A DNA stretch of 32,000 nt from Citrobacter phage Ursula, in the sequence record PQ589834.1. One strand, given 5' to 3'. The notes under the pieces were generated by a model. That model had not been told where the DNA came from. It did not search any database and saw nothing but the letters and a program-made list of their open reading frames with translations. Positions 23,302-32,000 of this stretch are shown piece by piece. Both the position numbers and the translations under genes were made by a program. Within the stretch, counting starts at the first letter, position 1. Each line of letters begins with the position of its first letter.

Positions 23302-23331
23302 GTTGTTTCTCCGGTTGGTTAATGCGAAAAC

Positions 23332-23361
23332 ATTATAATCCACTTCCATGTGGATGTAAAC
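23332..23361 (-). promoter_or_regulatory. Early-type promoter, GTTTAC-N18-TATAAT
   Basis: -35 at 23356-23361, perfect -10 TATAAT at 23332-23337. Confidence 0.85.
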
Positions 23362-23363
23362 GG

Positions 23364-26054
23364 TTAGAAGTCAAACATATCTTCTAATGATGCTTTCTCT
23401 TCGTAGTCCATACCCGCAGATTCACACATACCCGTAAGAGGTTTAACGAAAGACTTCTGGAACAAAGCACTGTAATCTAACCAAGCCAGAACATCTTGAC
23501 GAATCTCTTTCGGCAGTTCAGTACCTGATGGCCATGCAATGCATTTATCACCAAATGGGTTACCTTCACGTAATGGAACGACCATAACCTTGTTACCCTC
23601 GAGAATCGGAGTAGCACTGAATCCTGCAGTCGCGCGGTTGTAAGTCAAAGCACCACGAACGTGGAACGGGCATTTGAACCCTGGCCACCCGTTATCATCG
23701 TATTTAGAGATATCGTTACAAGTCTTAACTTCAGCAATCACTTTATAATCAAGTTGACGATATTCTTTCTCAAATGTTTTGAAATATTCCTGTACAGACT
23801 CTTCACCTTCCTGAAGCATACGACGAATTGATTCTTCCAATGCGGCCTGGACAGCTTTCGGAGTAGAAGATTGCTGTGTTTCCATACCCATGATTTTGAG
23901 ATGTGGTTCAGCGAATCGCTTATCTTCCATATCATATACGTTCAACGCATAACGCTTCTTAGCTTTCCAGAATCCACCACAACCTTTAGAGTTCAATGGA
24001 GGACAAGAGATTGCTTCACGATCCATATGCATGAGGTGTTCTTTGTTGTTCATGTACTCGCAAAGTTCACGGTAAGCTTTATCGATCATTGGTTCCATTT
24101 TCTTCTTACCGAATTGGTTCATAAATTCAACCACTTCATCGGTAGTTTTAAAACGATCTAAACCAACCTTCTCGATAACTTTATCAACAGAAACGTAGAT
24201 TGAGTCTGTGTCACCGGCCGCAATGAAGTCATGATTTGTTGTACCACATACTCGATTCAAATACTCATTAACTTTACGAGCAATCCATTGAATACCAACC
24301 TGACCAAACAGAGTGATTGCAGTAGCGTTACGAAGATCGTAATAACGGAAGTAGATATTCCCCAATGCACCATAAAGACTGTTGATCAAAATCTTACGGT
24401 TCAATTGGTTTGTATCAGCCAGAATAGCTGCAGCTTCACAACGAGCAAGCATTGTTTCAAGAACAAGTTTTGAATAATTACTCAACGCTGCCCGTTCTTC
24501 ATCTGTGAAACGAACATATCGTTTTTCTTCGCAACTTCCTGTGCCAAATACCCCAGCAGCTAATGCTTTCTTAATATCTTCCGCGTTCATTTCTTCCGCG
24601 AACATTTTCTTTTTCCAGTCTTTACGTTGGAAGAACACCTTAGCAATTTCGGTTGGGATTACACCTTCTTTATTCTTATCATACATCCAACCATTCGGTG
24701 AGCAAGAATATTCATCAGATGGACGAGGTGCTGTGCCTGCAATATACTCATGAATCGGATGAAGTTTAAATTGACCAACAATTGTCTCTGGAGAAATATT
24801 AACCTGACGGATGATACTTGGATACAGAGATGTTAAGTCAAAACTCATAATGTACTTACGAGCACATGCTAATGGTTCAAATACGTAAGCACCTGGGAAA
24901 GATTGCTTGACGTGAGAACGTCCTTGTGGAATTACTTTATTTTGCTCTTTAAGACTGTTGAAGATGATCGCATCCCAAGTCTTAATAGGAGACATGACCC
25001 CACCAAACGGCATCTTTGCATAATAAGACATACTAAGTGCCAGATCAATGAAACCACGGACGCGGTCAATACCACCAACAGACTCAACGTCCATAATGTT
25101 ATAGCTAATATAACGTTGATGGTTAGTTTCACGGAGTTTATTAATTGGTCCATCATATGGAAGTTTACCTTTCTTAGTCTCGTATTTCGCGACATAATCC
25201 AGAGTATAAGACGGTTGGTTAGTAAATGAGTATTTTTTGTACAAATCTAAGTAATCAAGAATAGTTACGCCATCAATCGAGAACACTTCTTTATCACCAT
25301 ACATATTAGTGATAACTTTCGATTTGACTCGGTTAATTGGAGAGAATCGTTTCATTGAACGTTCACCCAACACCTGCTTAACACGGTTCATGATGTATGG
25401 AATATCAAAGCCTTCGATGTTCCAACCGGTAAAGATAGCTGGACGCTTCTGTTCCCAAAGATTAATGTATTCCATCAGAAGCTCAGCTTCAGTGTAAAAC
25501 GGCATATACACTACACGATCGAGAATATCTTGTGGAACTTCGTCACCGCCTTTAGAATCTAACTTAGCAGCGAGTTTAATGTCCCACTCGGAAACTGAGC
25601 CATATCTTGAATTCAAAAGGTCAAACACATAAAACTTATCATCAATTGAATCATAGTGAGTAATGGCATCAATTTCATACTCGGCGCGCATTGGGTCTGG
25701 GAATTTATCACCTGTTACTTCGATGTCACAGTTCGCAACACGAACAAATTTGCGATCATATACAATTTCAGAACCATAAGTATCGGACAAATAAGCGAGT
25801 TTGAAATCATCCATGCCCATCGCTTCAAGACCAACGTCTTCCATTCGTTTAATCCAGTCACGAGCATCTTTCATATTTGCGAACTTTTGAGGTTCACAGT
25901 TCTTGCCATAGATATCAACGAACTTAGTTTTGTGAGTACAGTGACGGAACATCGTCGGAGCATATTCAACACGACGAGTTTTCTCAACACCATTGTCGAT
26001 ATAACGTTCAACGATGTCATTACCGATTGTTTCAATTGAAATATAGAATTGCAT
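23364..26054 (-). CDS. 43: gp43 DNA polymerase (B family)
   Basis: 896 aa; SLYPSIIR, NSLYGALG, AAGDTDSIYV, YDRKF...CNIDIE-like exonuclease domain, DMFDF C-terminus (clamp-binding); no intein or intron apparent. Confidence 0.98.
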   Translation of the reverse strand: MQFYISIETIGNDIVERYIDNGVEKTRRVEYAPTMFRHCTHKTKFVDIYGKNCEPQKFANMKDARDWIKRMEDVGLEAMGMDDFKLAYLSDTYGSEIVYDRKFVRVANCDIEVTGDKFPDPMRAEYEIDAITHYDSIDDKFYVFDLLNSRYGSVSEWDIKLAAKLDSKGGDEVPQDILDRVVYMPFYTEAELLMEYINLWEQKRPAIFTGWNIEGFDIPYIMNRVKQVLGERSMKRFSPINRVKSKVITNMYGDKEVFSIDGVTILDYLDLYKKYSFTNQPSYTLDYVAKYETKKGKLPYDGPINKLRETNHQRYISYNIMDVESVGGIDRVRGFIDLALSMSYYAKMPFGGVMSPIKTWDAIIFNSLKEQNKVIPQGRSHVKQSFPGAYVFEPLACARKYIMSFDLTSLYPSIIRQVNISPETIVGQFKLHPIHEYIAGTAPRPSDEYSCSPNGWMYDKNKEGVIPTEIAKVFFQRKDWKKKMFAEEMNAEDIKKALAAGVFGTGSCEEKRYVRFTDEERAALSNYSKLVLETMLARCEAAAILADTNQLNRKILINSLYGALGNIYFRYYDLRNATAITLFGQVGIQWIARKVNEYLNRVCGTTNHDFIAAGDTDSIYVSVDKVIEKVGLDRFKTTDEVVEFMNQFGKKKMEPMIDKAYRELCEYMNNKEHLMHMDREAISCPPLNSKGCGGFWKAKKRYALNVYDMEDKRFAEPHLKIMGMETQQSSTPKAVQAALEESIRRMLQEGEESVQEYFKTFEKEYRQLDYKVIAEVKTCNDISKYDDNGWPGFKCPFHVRGALTYNRATAGFSATPILEGNKVMVVPLREGNPFGDKCIAWPSGTELPKEIRQDVLAWLDYSALFQKSFVKPLTGMCESAGMDYEEKASLEDMFDF

Positions 26055-26060
26055 GAGTTT

Positions 26061-26089
26061 CCTTAGTTTATAGACCGAGTTATTAGTCT
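26061..26089 (-). promoter_or_regulatory. Gene 43 autogenous translational operator hairpin
   Basis: RNA AGACU-AAUAACUC-GGUCU (26089-26072) followed by AUAAACUAAGGAAACUCAUG. Confidence 0.85.
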
Positions 26090-26104
26090 CTTTATTGGTA
26101 AATT

Positions 26105-26131
26105 ATTTTATCATCCTAGAGAATAGCATGA
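26105..26131 (-). promoter_or_regulatory. Candidate middle promoter for gene 43
   Basis: TCATGCTAT-N12-TAAAAT with TG extended -10; spacing compatible with the other MotA-like sites. Confidence 0.5.
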
Positions 26132-26148
26132 AGGGCCCGAAGGCCCTT
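26131..26148 (-). terminator. UUCG hairpin upstream of gene 43 (weak terminator or processing element)
   Basis: AAGGGCC-TTCG-GGCCCTT; no U-tract. Confidence 0.5.
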
Positions 26149-26150
26149 AC

Positions 26151-26372
26151 TTAAATTTCAATAGTTTTGCGAGTGATTTTGTAATCTACTAGGTCATAGT
26201 CTTCACATTTAGTTTTGATATAGACCTGGATTATGTCTCGTGGACGAGCACCATCACGAATTGCGAGTTCACGTTGGAACTCTTCTTGAGCAACTTCACA
26301 AAGATCGAAAATAGTTTCAGTTGGTTCTAAACCATATTCTTCTCGAAGATTTTTGTAATTAATACTGTCCAT
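26151..26372 (-). CDS. Conserved hypothetical protein between regA and 43
   Basis: 73-aa ORF, stop/start overlap with regA. Confidence 0.65.
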   Translation of the reverse strand: MDSINYKNLREEYGLEPTETIFDLCEVAQEEFQRELAIRDGARPRDIIQVYIKTKCEDYDLVDYKITRKTIEI

Positions 26373-26740
26373 TAGTTACCTATAGTGTATTTTGATTTCA
26401 ATGTCCACTCATCTTTTTGCTTGAATGAAATCACGCGGAAGTTATTAGCCATTTCAAACATATAAGAACGTTGGCCTGGAGCAATATCAACTAATCCCCA
26501 ATCTTCAAGCAGCTGAGCAATTGAATCGCGACGTACTTCATCTTCTTCGTCAATCACCACTGGACGACCATCAAGTTTAAGCATTTCTTTGAAGTGTACG
26601 ATGTAGTAACGACCTTGTTTCTGGAGGATATGACAACTTTGATATAATATCTTATCTTTGTTGTTAGCAATTCCCATGCGAGTCAGAGTTTCTTTTACTT
26701 TCAGGAAGTCTTCAGGTTGTTTCAAAGTAATTTCAATCAT
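26372..26740 (-). CDS. regA: RegA translational repressor
   Basis: MIEITLKQPEDFLKVKETLTRMGIANNKDK.LYQSCHILQK matches T4 RegA. Confidence 0.97.
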   Translation of the reverse strand: MIEITLKQPEDFLKVKETLTRMGIANNKDKILYQSCHILQKQGRYYIVHFKEMLKLDGRPVVIDEEDEVRRDSIAQLLEDWGLVDIAPGQRSYMFEMANNFRVISFKQKDEWTLKSKYTIGN

Positions 26741-26742
26741 GT

Positions 26743-27306
26743 TTACCATTCCAATGCTAGTTTTTTGAATTGTTTTTGTTCTTTAACGTTTTTAGTCAGT
26801 TCTTTGAGAAACTCATCAGTAACCAAAGCCTTTGCTTCTTTCAGTACCAAGGATAGTTTCCCTTTTGACACCAGAGTATCTCTATAAACCTGAGCGTCAT
26901 TCAAGTTAATCGTATAATATTTCATTAATACCCGGAGGATAAGTAACTCTCCGGTGTCCTCGATTAACTTAGCCCACTTACCATAACGACGACCTTGAGG
27001 AACAGCAGCCATCATATAATTGAAGTGGTCTTCATCTGAAAGTTCAGAACCAATGAGATTCATGATATAAACAGCTGTCATACATTCGGGATGTTGAGAC
27101 AGTGCATTTTCAACCATGTGTCTCGAATAGTTCTTTTGAGCGATGGAGCAAGGTTTCTTCTCGTTAATTGCTCCAATGATTTCGAAGAATTCGTTCTCAG
27201 CAGTCTGTTTGAACTGTTCAGATACTTTCTGGACTTCAGCCCAGTCTTTTGAATACCAAGCTACTTGGTGCTCATTTAGTTGAACGTCATCGTCGAATAA
27301 ACTCAT
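26743..27306 (-). CDS. 62: gp62 clamp loader small subunit
   Basis: [22 protein letters not shown]... matches T4 gp62. Confidence 0.96.
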   Translation of the reverse strand: MSLFDDDVQLNEHQVAWYSKDWAEVQKVSEQFKQTAENEFFEIIGAINEKKPCSIAQKNYSRHMVENALSQHPECMTAVYIMNLIGSELSDEDHFNYMMAAVPQGRRYGKWAKLIEDTGELLILRVLMKYYTINLNDAQVYRDTLVSKGKLSLVLKEAKALVTDEFLKELTKNVKEQKQFKKLALEW

Positions 27307-28271
27307 TATTTCCACTCGTCTTTAAGTTCAGAAGTCAAACGTAAGAACATGTACATAACATGAAGTTCTGCGTTAGATGCTACGCCTTTGTACTGGTTAT
27401 TTTCGCCGACGATTTCATACATCGACATGATACCAGGGCCTTTGAGCATAGTATAAAGTTCTGATGTAAGTTTACCAACAAACCATGAATAATCGGTGCA
27501 ATATTTCGGAGCCAATGCACGAAGCTGCTTGACATCTCGATTTTTCAATGCATCCAGAACATCAGTGATTGAACCAGACTCTTTTGTTACTACGCTCAGA
27601 ATACCGGCATCAAGTACACCCTTCGAAGAATACATATCAAGTTGACCGATTGTATTACGGAAACGTGGAAAGTTCTTCTTAACGAGAGCTGCTACAACTT
27701 TCAGATCAGCGATTTCGATATTTTCGTTCTTACAAATCGCAATCAAACGCCGAATCATTTCTTTCATCATTGGTGCTTCATCTTCAGGAGTAGGTTTACC
27801 AAATTCAATTACTCGGCAACGATCCTGAAGAGGTTTAATGATTCCATCGAGATTGTTCGCAGTAATAATAATTGAACAGTTCGAAGAGTAAGCTTCCATA
27901 AACGAACGCATATGACGTTGTGATTCCGCAAGACCTGAACGGTCAAATTCGTCAATCACGATAACTTTCTGTTTGCCTTCAATTGAAGCAGCAGATGCAA
28001 AGTTAGTTAATGGCCCACGAACGAAGTCAATCTTACAATCTGAGCCGTTGACGAACATCATATCAGCATTAACATCATTACATAATGCTTTTGCTACTGT
28101 TGTCTTACCGGTACCTGGTGATGGAGAATGAAGAATAAGATGAGGAATTTTTCCTTTCTTAACGATAGTATTGAATACTTCTCGGTCGAAAGCTGGAAGG
28201 ATACACTCTTCAATAGTCGAAGGGCGATATTTTTGTTCGAGTATGTGCTCTTTTTCATTAATGCTTAACAT
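27306..28271 (-). CDS. 44: gp44 clamp loader ATPase
   Basis: [54 protein letters not shown] matches T4 gp44. Confidence 0.97.
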   Translation of the reverse strand: MLSINEKEHILEQKYRPSTIEECILPAFDREVFNTIVKKGKIPHLILHSPSPGTGKTTVAKALCNDVNADMMFVNGSDCKIDFVRGPLTNFASAASIEGKQKVIVIDEFDRSGLAESQRHMRSFMEAYSSNCSIIITANNLDGIIKPLQDRCRVIEFGKPTPEDEAPMMKEMIRRLIAICKNENIEIADLKVVAALVKKNFPRFRNTIGQLDMYSSKGVLDAGILSVVTKESGSITDVLDALKNRDVKQLRALAPKYCTDYSWFVGKLTSELYTMLKGPGIMSMYEIVGENNQYKGVASNAELHVMYMFLRLTSELKDEWK

Positions 28272-28281
28272 AATTTCCTCA
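28269..28281 (-). promoter_or_regulatory. Probable RegA binding site at the gene 44 translation start
   Basis: UGAGGAAAUUAUG at the start codon, as remembered for T4 gene 44. Confidence 0.65.
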
Positions 28282-28301
28282 TAAATTTTTATTCAAAACG
28301 A

Positions 28302-28319
28302 TTGGGCCCGAAGGCCCAA
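28302..28319 (-). terminator. UUCG hairpin between genes 45 and 44
   Basis: TTGGGCC-TTCG-GGCCCAA followed by TCGTTTTG; likely weak/attenuating. Confidence 0.6.
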
Positions 28320-28330
28320 GGTGACTTAAC

Positions 28331-29017
28331 TTAGAAATCGTGAGTAGAGTCTGCTTCCATTGCTACGACATAACTTGCAGCGTCACCTTCAAACTTAGCA
28401 GCAGTTTTCTTACCATCAGCCCATAGCAGAAGTTTGTAACTTGCTGGTTGCATCTTCATATTTGCCATATTGATAACGAAGTTGAAGTTATTAGTTCCGT
28501 CATAATCGCCCAGAGTCAGAGAATATTTCGGACGAACCAAAGCAGAATCTTCTACCTTGTTATAACCGCTCAGAACGATTTTATCTTCTTTATTTGCAAT
28601 AGCAATTGTATCAATCTGAAGACCACGAGATACGCGCATCAGCTGCTGAAGATCTTCGCCTTTGAAATCAACGATAACGGAAGCGGTTGGGAATGGAATT
28701 GGTTTGCTCGGAAATACGATTGTAGACGCGTCAGCGGCAGGCCAAAAGATTTTTGAACGAGCATCGGCAATCTTAATGTTACCATCATCTGCCATGGAGA
28801 TCTCTGCATCTTCACTTACCAGACCCAGAATACCCAGGAAACTCGGAAGATCATAGATCGCAACTTCAAAATCAATTTCATCGGAGATATTAGCTTCGGC
28901 GTAAGTTGTACCGTTGACTGCACGAGTCATAATAAACTTACCAGGCTTAAGCATAACACCAGAGTTGATGGTGGAGAAGTTTTTCAGAATCGCGAGAGTT
29001 TCTTTAGTGAATTTCAT
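28331..29017 (-). CDS. 45: gp45 sliding clamp
   Basis: MKFTKETLAILKNFSTINSGVMLKPGKFIMTRAVNGTTYAEA... matches T4 gp45; the internal start is better than the track start at 29032. Confidence 0.96.
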   Translation of the reverse strand: MKFTKETLAILKNFSTINSGVMLKPGKFIMTRAVNGTTYAEANISDEIDFEVAIYDLPSFLGILGLVSEDAEISMADDGNIKIADARSKIFWPAADASTIVFPSKPIPFPTASVIVDFKGEDLQQLMRVSRGLQIDTIAIANKEDKIVLSGYNKVEDSALVRPKYSLTLGDYDGTNNFNFVINMANMKMQPASYKLLLWADGKKTAAKFEGDAASYVVAMEADSTHDF

Positions 29018-29035
29018 TATTTTTCCTTTCAAGTC

Positions 29036-29419
29036 TTATTTAGAGATTTCAACAGCAACTTCTTCAGCTACAATCAGAGCAGCTGAAATTAATTGTTCGT
29101 CTGCGTTCAGACAATATTGATCTTCCAGACGTTCACCACCACAACGATCAAGAACTAGTTTAGCACCAGCTTTGATAGAGTCTTTATAGTGCTTCTGCAT
29201 AATGGAGATCCACTTTTCATTGACTGAATTATCAATCGCCGCATAATAAGCATGACGTACTTCAGCAACAGGGAAACGTTTGCGAATAGCTTCAGCGCCT
29301 TCTTCACCCAGAATAGTTACCCATGCTCGACGGATTTTGTTTTGATTATTCGGGTTAGAGTCGCAACGTACGTTTTTAGGTTGGATGTCTTTAACTTCGA
29401 TTGCATAATTCAGGTTCAT
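29036..29419 (-). CDS. rpbA: RpbA RNA-polymerase-binding protein
   Basis: 127 aa, located immediately upstream of 45, EVKDIQPKNVR.D motif resembling T4 RpbA. Confidence 0.8.
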   Translation of the reverse strand: MNLNYAIEVKDIQPKNVRCDSNPNNQNKIRRAWVTILGEEGAEAIRKRFPVAEVRHAYYAAIDNSVNEKWISIMQKHYKDSIKAGAKLVLDRCGGERLEDQYCLNADEQLISAALIVAEEVAVEISK

Positions 29420-29427
29420 AATAATTC

Positions 29428-29619
29428 CTATTCAAAATATTCGTATACTGTCCACGCGGAATCGCGATTGGATGTTATTTTATCATACTTATTTTTAAAA
29501 GCAGCACGAAGTTGTTCTTCAGTCGCAAGATGCTCTTGTCCTGAAAAATTATTTCGCAGTACGTACCGCTTTATTTCTGGAGTGGTCAGAAGATTCTGAC
29601 CATTTACAAAGTTACTCAT
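29428..29619 (-). CDS. Conserved hypothetical protein in the T4 45.2 position
   Basis: 63-aa ORF between 46 and rpbA. Confidence 0.65.
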   Translation of the reverse strand: MSNFVNGQNLLTTPEIKRYVLRNNFSGQEHLATEEQLRAAFKNKYDKITSNRDSAWTVYEYFE

Positions 29620-31298
29620 TCCATCACCGTAAATCGTCCAACTTTCTTCATCTGAAGATGTTGTCCATATGATTGAGGGTCATGATCGCGGTGTGATATA
29701 ATAAACACGTTAGAGTTTAGCATACCGTTAAGAATTGATGTAATTGATTTTACACCTTCAACATCAGTAGCAGAATCGAAAACTTCGTCCAGGAAAAGAC
29801 AGTTAATCTTAACGTTTGATACTTTCTCGGCAATATCTCGCCATGTGAATAACAAAGCGATATCAATACGTGCTTTTTCACCTTGACTAAATGAAGCATA
29901 ACTGAATTCTTCTCGTCCTCTGGACTTGATTGTTTCAGCGAATTCTTCATTCAATGTAAAGACATAATCAGCTTCCATTATCTTTAAGTAGTGATTGATC
30001 TGCTTATTAAACAATGGAATGTATTTGTTGATGATTGCGCCTTTTATTCCAGAATCCTTGAGCATTTCAGTTAAAATGCCGCGATGATATTTTTCCATCA
30101 CCATATTGGATTTGGTATCAATTATTTTATTCAATTCTTCATTAAGCGAATTAATTTCATCAGCATGATCAATAAATTCTTGTGAAGCTTTCTCTAGTGC
30201 GGCTTTAACTTTTTTGGCTTTATCTACAGTGCCAATCAGCACTTGCTTCTTAGCACGAATATCTTGAGCCAGTGAGCGCTGAGTGTTGAGGTTGGCTTCA
30301 TATTCATGCACTAGTGTCTCTAGCACGGATCTCTGACTGTTAATTTGCTCTGCCGTATGATTACATTCAGAGACCTTATCAGTGATCTTGGTGATCAGAG
30401 GGGAACCCTGGTCTAAATGTTGGAAACATGTTGGACAATCACCACCAGAAGAGTACAGAGAAATCACCTTGTTGTATGAGTCAATCTTGGACTTAATCAA
30501 GAAAGCTTCTTGTCCAACCTTAGTCAAAGATTCACGAGGGTCTTCATCAAGAACAATTTCAGTCAGTCTAGTTGTAGCATCTTCAATTTCGGCCTTTATT
30601 GACTTAGCTTCACGAACCAAGTCATCATACATACTCTGAAATCGTGCAACGTTTTCACCAGAAAGTTTTCTTTGGCGTTCAACGTTATCTTCGTAGATTT
30701 TAATCTGCTGAATGATTCCATCTTTCTTCGCGTCAATCACTGATACCTGAGAGTTAATCTCTCTGATGTGTGATTTATTCAATTTGTCCATTTCAGCTAG
30801 TGTAGATACTTCTAGAAGATCTTCAACGAGCTTTCGGCGGGCAGGTGTACTAAGACCCATGAATGGTGTATATCCCGCTGTCCCAAGGACGACAATTTGC
30901 TTAAATGACGAATACGACATGTGGATGAGTTCTTCAAAGTAAAGCTGAAAGTCTTTGACACTTGCAGACTCATCAAGTCGTACTCCATCTCGTGAAATTT
31001 CAAATACGTTTGGTTTCTGTCCTCGTTTGATATAAAAAGACTTACCATCATATTCCATCCATAACTCAACAAGTAAATTCTTCTTGTTAACTGAGTTAAC
31101 TAGCTGACCCTTCTTAATATCACGAAATGGTTTACCAAATAAAGCAAATGTAATTGCTTCAAGCATTGTACTTTTACCACCGCCATTCTTGCCAGTGATT
31201 AAAGTTTTTTGAACCTTATCAAGTTGAATATCAATGGGCTGACCGCCCACTGACATAATATTCTGATACTTGACTCGATTAAGTTTAAATGTCTTCAT
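29616..31298 (-). CDS. 46: gp46 recombination nuclease subunit (Rad50-like)
   Basis: 560 aa; LITGKNGGGKSTMLEAITFALFGKP Walker A, coiled coil with CPTC hook, SFSQGEKARIDIALLF signature, LFLDEVFDS Walker B. Confidence 0.97.
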   Translation of the reverse strand: MKTFKLNRVKYQNIMSVGGQPIDIQLDKVQKTLITGKNGGGKSTMLEAITFALFGKPFRDIKKGQLVNSVNKKNLLVELWMEYDGKSFYIKRGQKPNVFEISRDGVRLDESASVKDFQLYFEELIHMSYSSFKQIVVLGTAGYTPFMGLSTPARRKLVEDLLEVSTLAEMDKLNKSHIREINSQVSVIDAKKDGIIQQIKIYEDNVERQRKLSGENVARFQSMYDDLVREAKSIKAEIEDATTRLTEIVLDEDPRESLTKVGQEAFLIKSKIDSYNKVISLYSSGGDCPTCFQHLDQGSPLITKITDKVSECNHTAEQINSQRSVLETLVHEYEANLNTQRSLAQDIRAKKQVLIGTVDKAKKVKAALEKASQEFIDHADEINSLNEELNKIIDTKSNMVMEKYHRGILTEMLKDSGIKGAIINKYIPLFNKQINHYLKIMEADYVFTLNEEFAETIKSRGREEFSYASFSQGEKARIDIALLFTWRDIAEKVSNVKINCLFLDEVFDSATDVEGVKSITSILNGMLNSNVFIISHRDHDPQSYGQHLQMKKVGRFTVME

Positions 31299-31501
31299 GT
31301 ATTATTCTCACGAATATAATTACGGCAGCATTCTAGCATAAAGTTTTCGGATACATACATTATATCAAAGTGTTCTTGCCATGATACACCCAATAAATGC
31401 TCAGATGTGACAAACATAATTCCTTTAAACCCACCATCTTCTGGCCAGTATTCGATATTACCGAACCAACCGTCACCTAAATTAAATTTATGGAGTTTCA
31501 C
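31295..31501 (-). CDS. Conserved hypothetical protein in the 46.1/46.2 position
   Basis: 68-aa ORF between 46 and 47, ATGA-type overlaps both sides. Confidence 0.65.
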   Translation of the reverse strand: MKLHKFNLGDGWFGNIEYWPEDGGFKGIMFVTSEHLLGVSWQEHFDIMYVSENFMLECCRNYIRENNT

Positions 31502-32000
31502 GAGTTAGTAACCTCAGTGTAGAGTTGATTAGCGTATAGAATTACAGCAGTCCGGTCGTCATCAGACAAATCAGGGAGAGCATTGATATATTCTTCCATA
31601 ATTTCCAATAAGCCTTTTACTTCAACTTCTTCACCATCTTCAACTTCAAGAGAGTTGTCAATTTTTGAAACAGTGCGAAGTTCATGGACTACTTTTTCAA
31701 GTTCGCTTTCAAACTTTGGTAGATCTTTATCAACTTCTGTAATAACGACACGAACTGATAAGTCTTTGTAGTCGTTGAAGTCAATCAGGCCAGTTACTGG
31801 GTAGAATATTTTTCTGTGCCATGTTGTTTCGTTAGGTACGAAATCAAAGGTGCATAATCGAGTGTCTTGAATCCAGAATCCACGCGGATCGTTCTCGTCA
31901 CCCGCTGTAAGCGTCCATGGTGTTCCAATGTATTTGACATTAGCTGCTTCGGAGATTGTATGGAAATGTCCTGACCACACTTGTTTATATGATTTGAGGA
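31498..32000 (-). CDS. 47: gp47 recombination nuclease subunit (Mre11-like), N-terminus beyond window
   Basis: SGHFHTISEAANVKYIGTPWTLTAGDENDPRGFW matches the T4 gp47 C-terminal part; frame remains open to 32000. Confidence 0.93.
   Translation of the reverse strand, partial: LKSYKQVWSGHFHTISEAANVKYIGTPWTLTAGDENDPRGFWIQDTRLCTFDFVPNETTWHRKIFYPVTGLIDFNDYKDLSVRVVITEVDKDLPKFESELEKVVHELRTVSKIDNSLEVEDGEEVEVKGLLEIMEEYINALPDLSDDDRTAVILYANQLYTEVTNS

Noticed and set aside
22861-23349. Track start at 23349 for the lipoprotein (and similar upstream starts at 1985, 13661, 18741, 29032)
   Set aside because: Internal starts have better ribosome-binding sites, match family N-termini or signal peptides, and some upstream starts lie upstream of the predicted transcription start.
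4950-26039. Plus-strand ORFs such as 6453-6872, 9697-10137, 19169-19678, 24903-25229 and 25656-26039
   Set aside because: All lie antisense to well-supported minus-strand genes, give compositionally odd proteins and lack ribosome-binding sites; treated as shadow ORFs.
1-32000. CRISPR arrays, tRNA genes, introns or inteins
   Set aside because: No short regularly spaced repeats or cloverleaf-like segments were seen, and gp43, gp41, gp44 and gp46 read through as full-length proteins without insertions.

Overview
This window is the replication/early region of a T4-like (Tevenvirinae-type) myovirus, almost entirely transcribed from the minus strand. By recognisable protein sequence it carries gp47 (partial), gp46, a 45.2-position ORF, RpbA, gp45 clamp, gp44/gp62 clamp loader, RegA, gp43 polymerase, Imm, gp42 dCMP hydroxymethylase, a GT-A-like glycosyltransferase, beta-glucosyltransferase, UvsX, a gp40-position protein, gp41 helicase, gp61 primase, gp56 dCTPase/dUTPase, Soc and a ModA-like ADP-ribosyltransferase, followed by a dda/dexA region. 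The most unusual feature is a direct tandem duplication of a roughly 4.7-4.9 kb module (about 626-5207 and 5535-10221). It yields two complete Dda helicases, two complete DexA exonucleases and paired copies of at least six accessory genes. The copies differ by clean, gene-sized gains or losses: a 53-aa ORF between short direct repeats, a 151-aa ORF with its terminator, and an HNH-like N-terminal domain with its promoter. Other notable signals are a family of six early-type promoters with identical 18-nt spacing, a gp43 translational operator with the AAUAACUC loop, MotA-like middle promoters, a self-contained late soc cassette, and a lone plus-strand membrane ORF whose stop codon overlaps that of the primase gene. 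Several small translationally coupled ORFs missing from the supplied track were also found. All identities come from reading the sequence and remembered family sequences; no database search was run.
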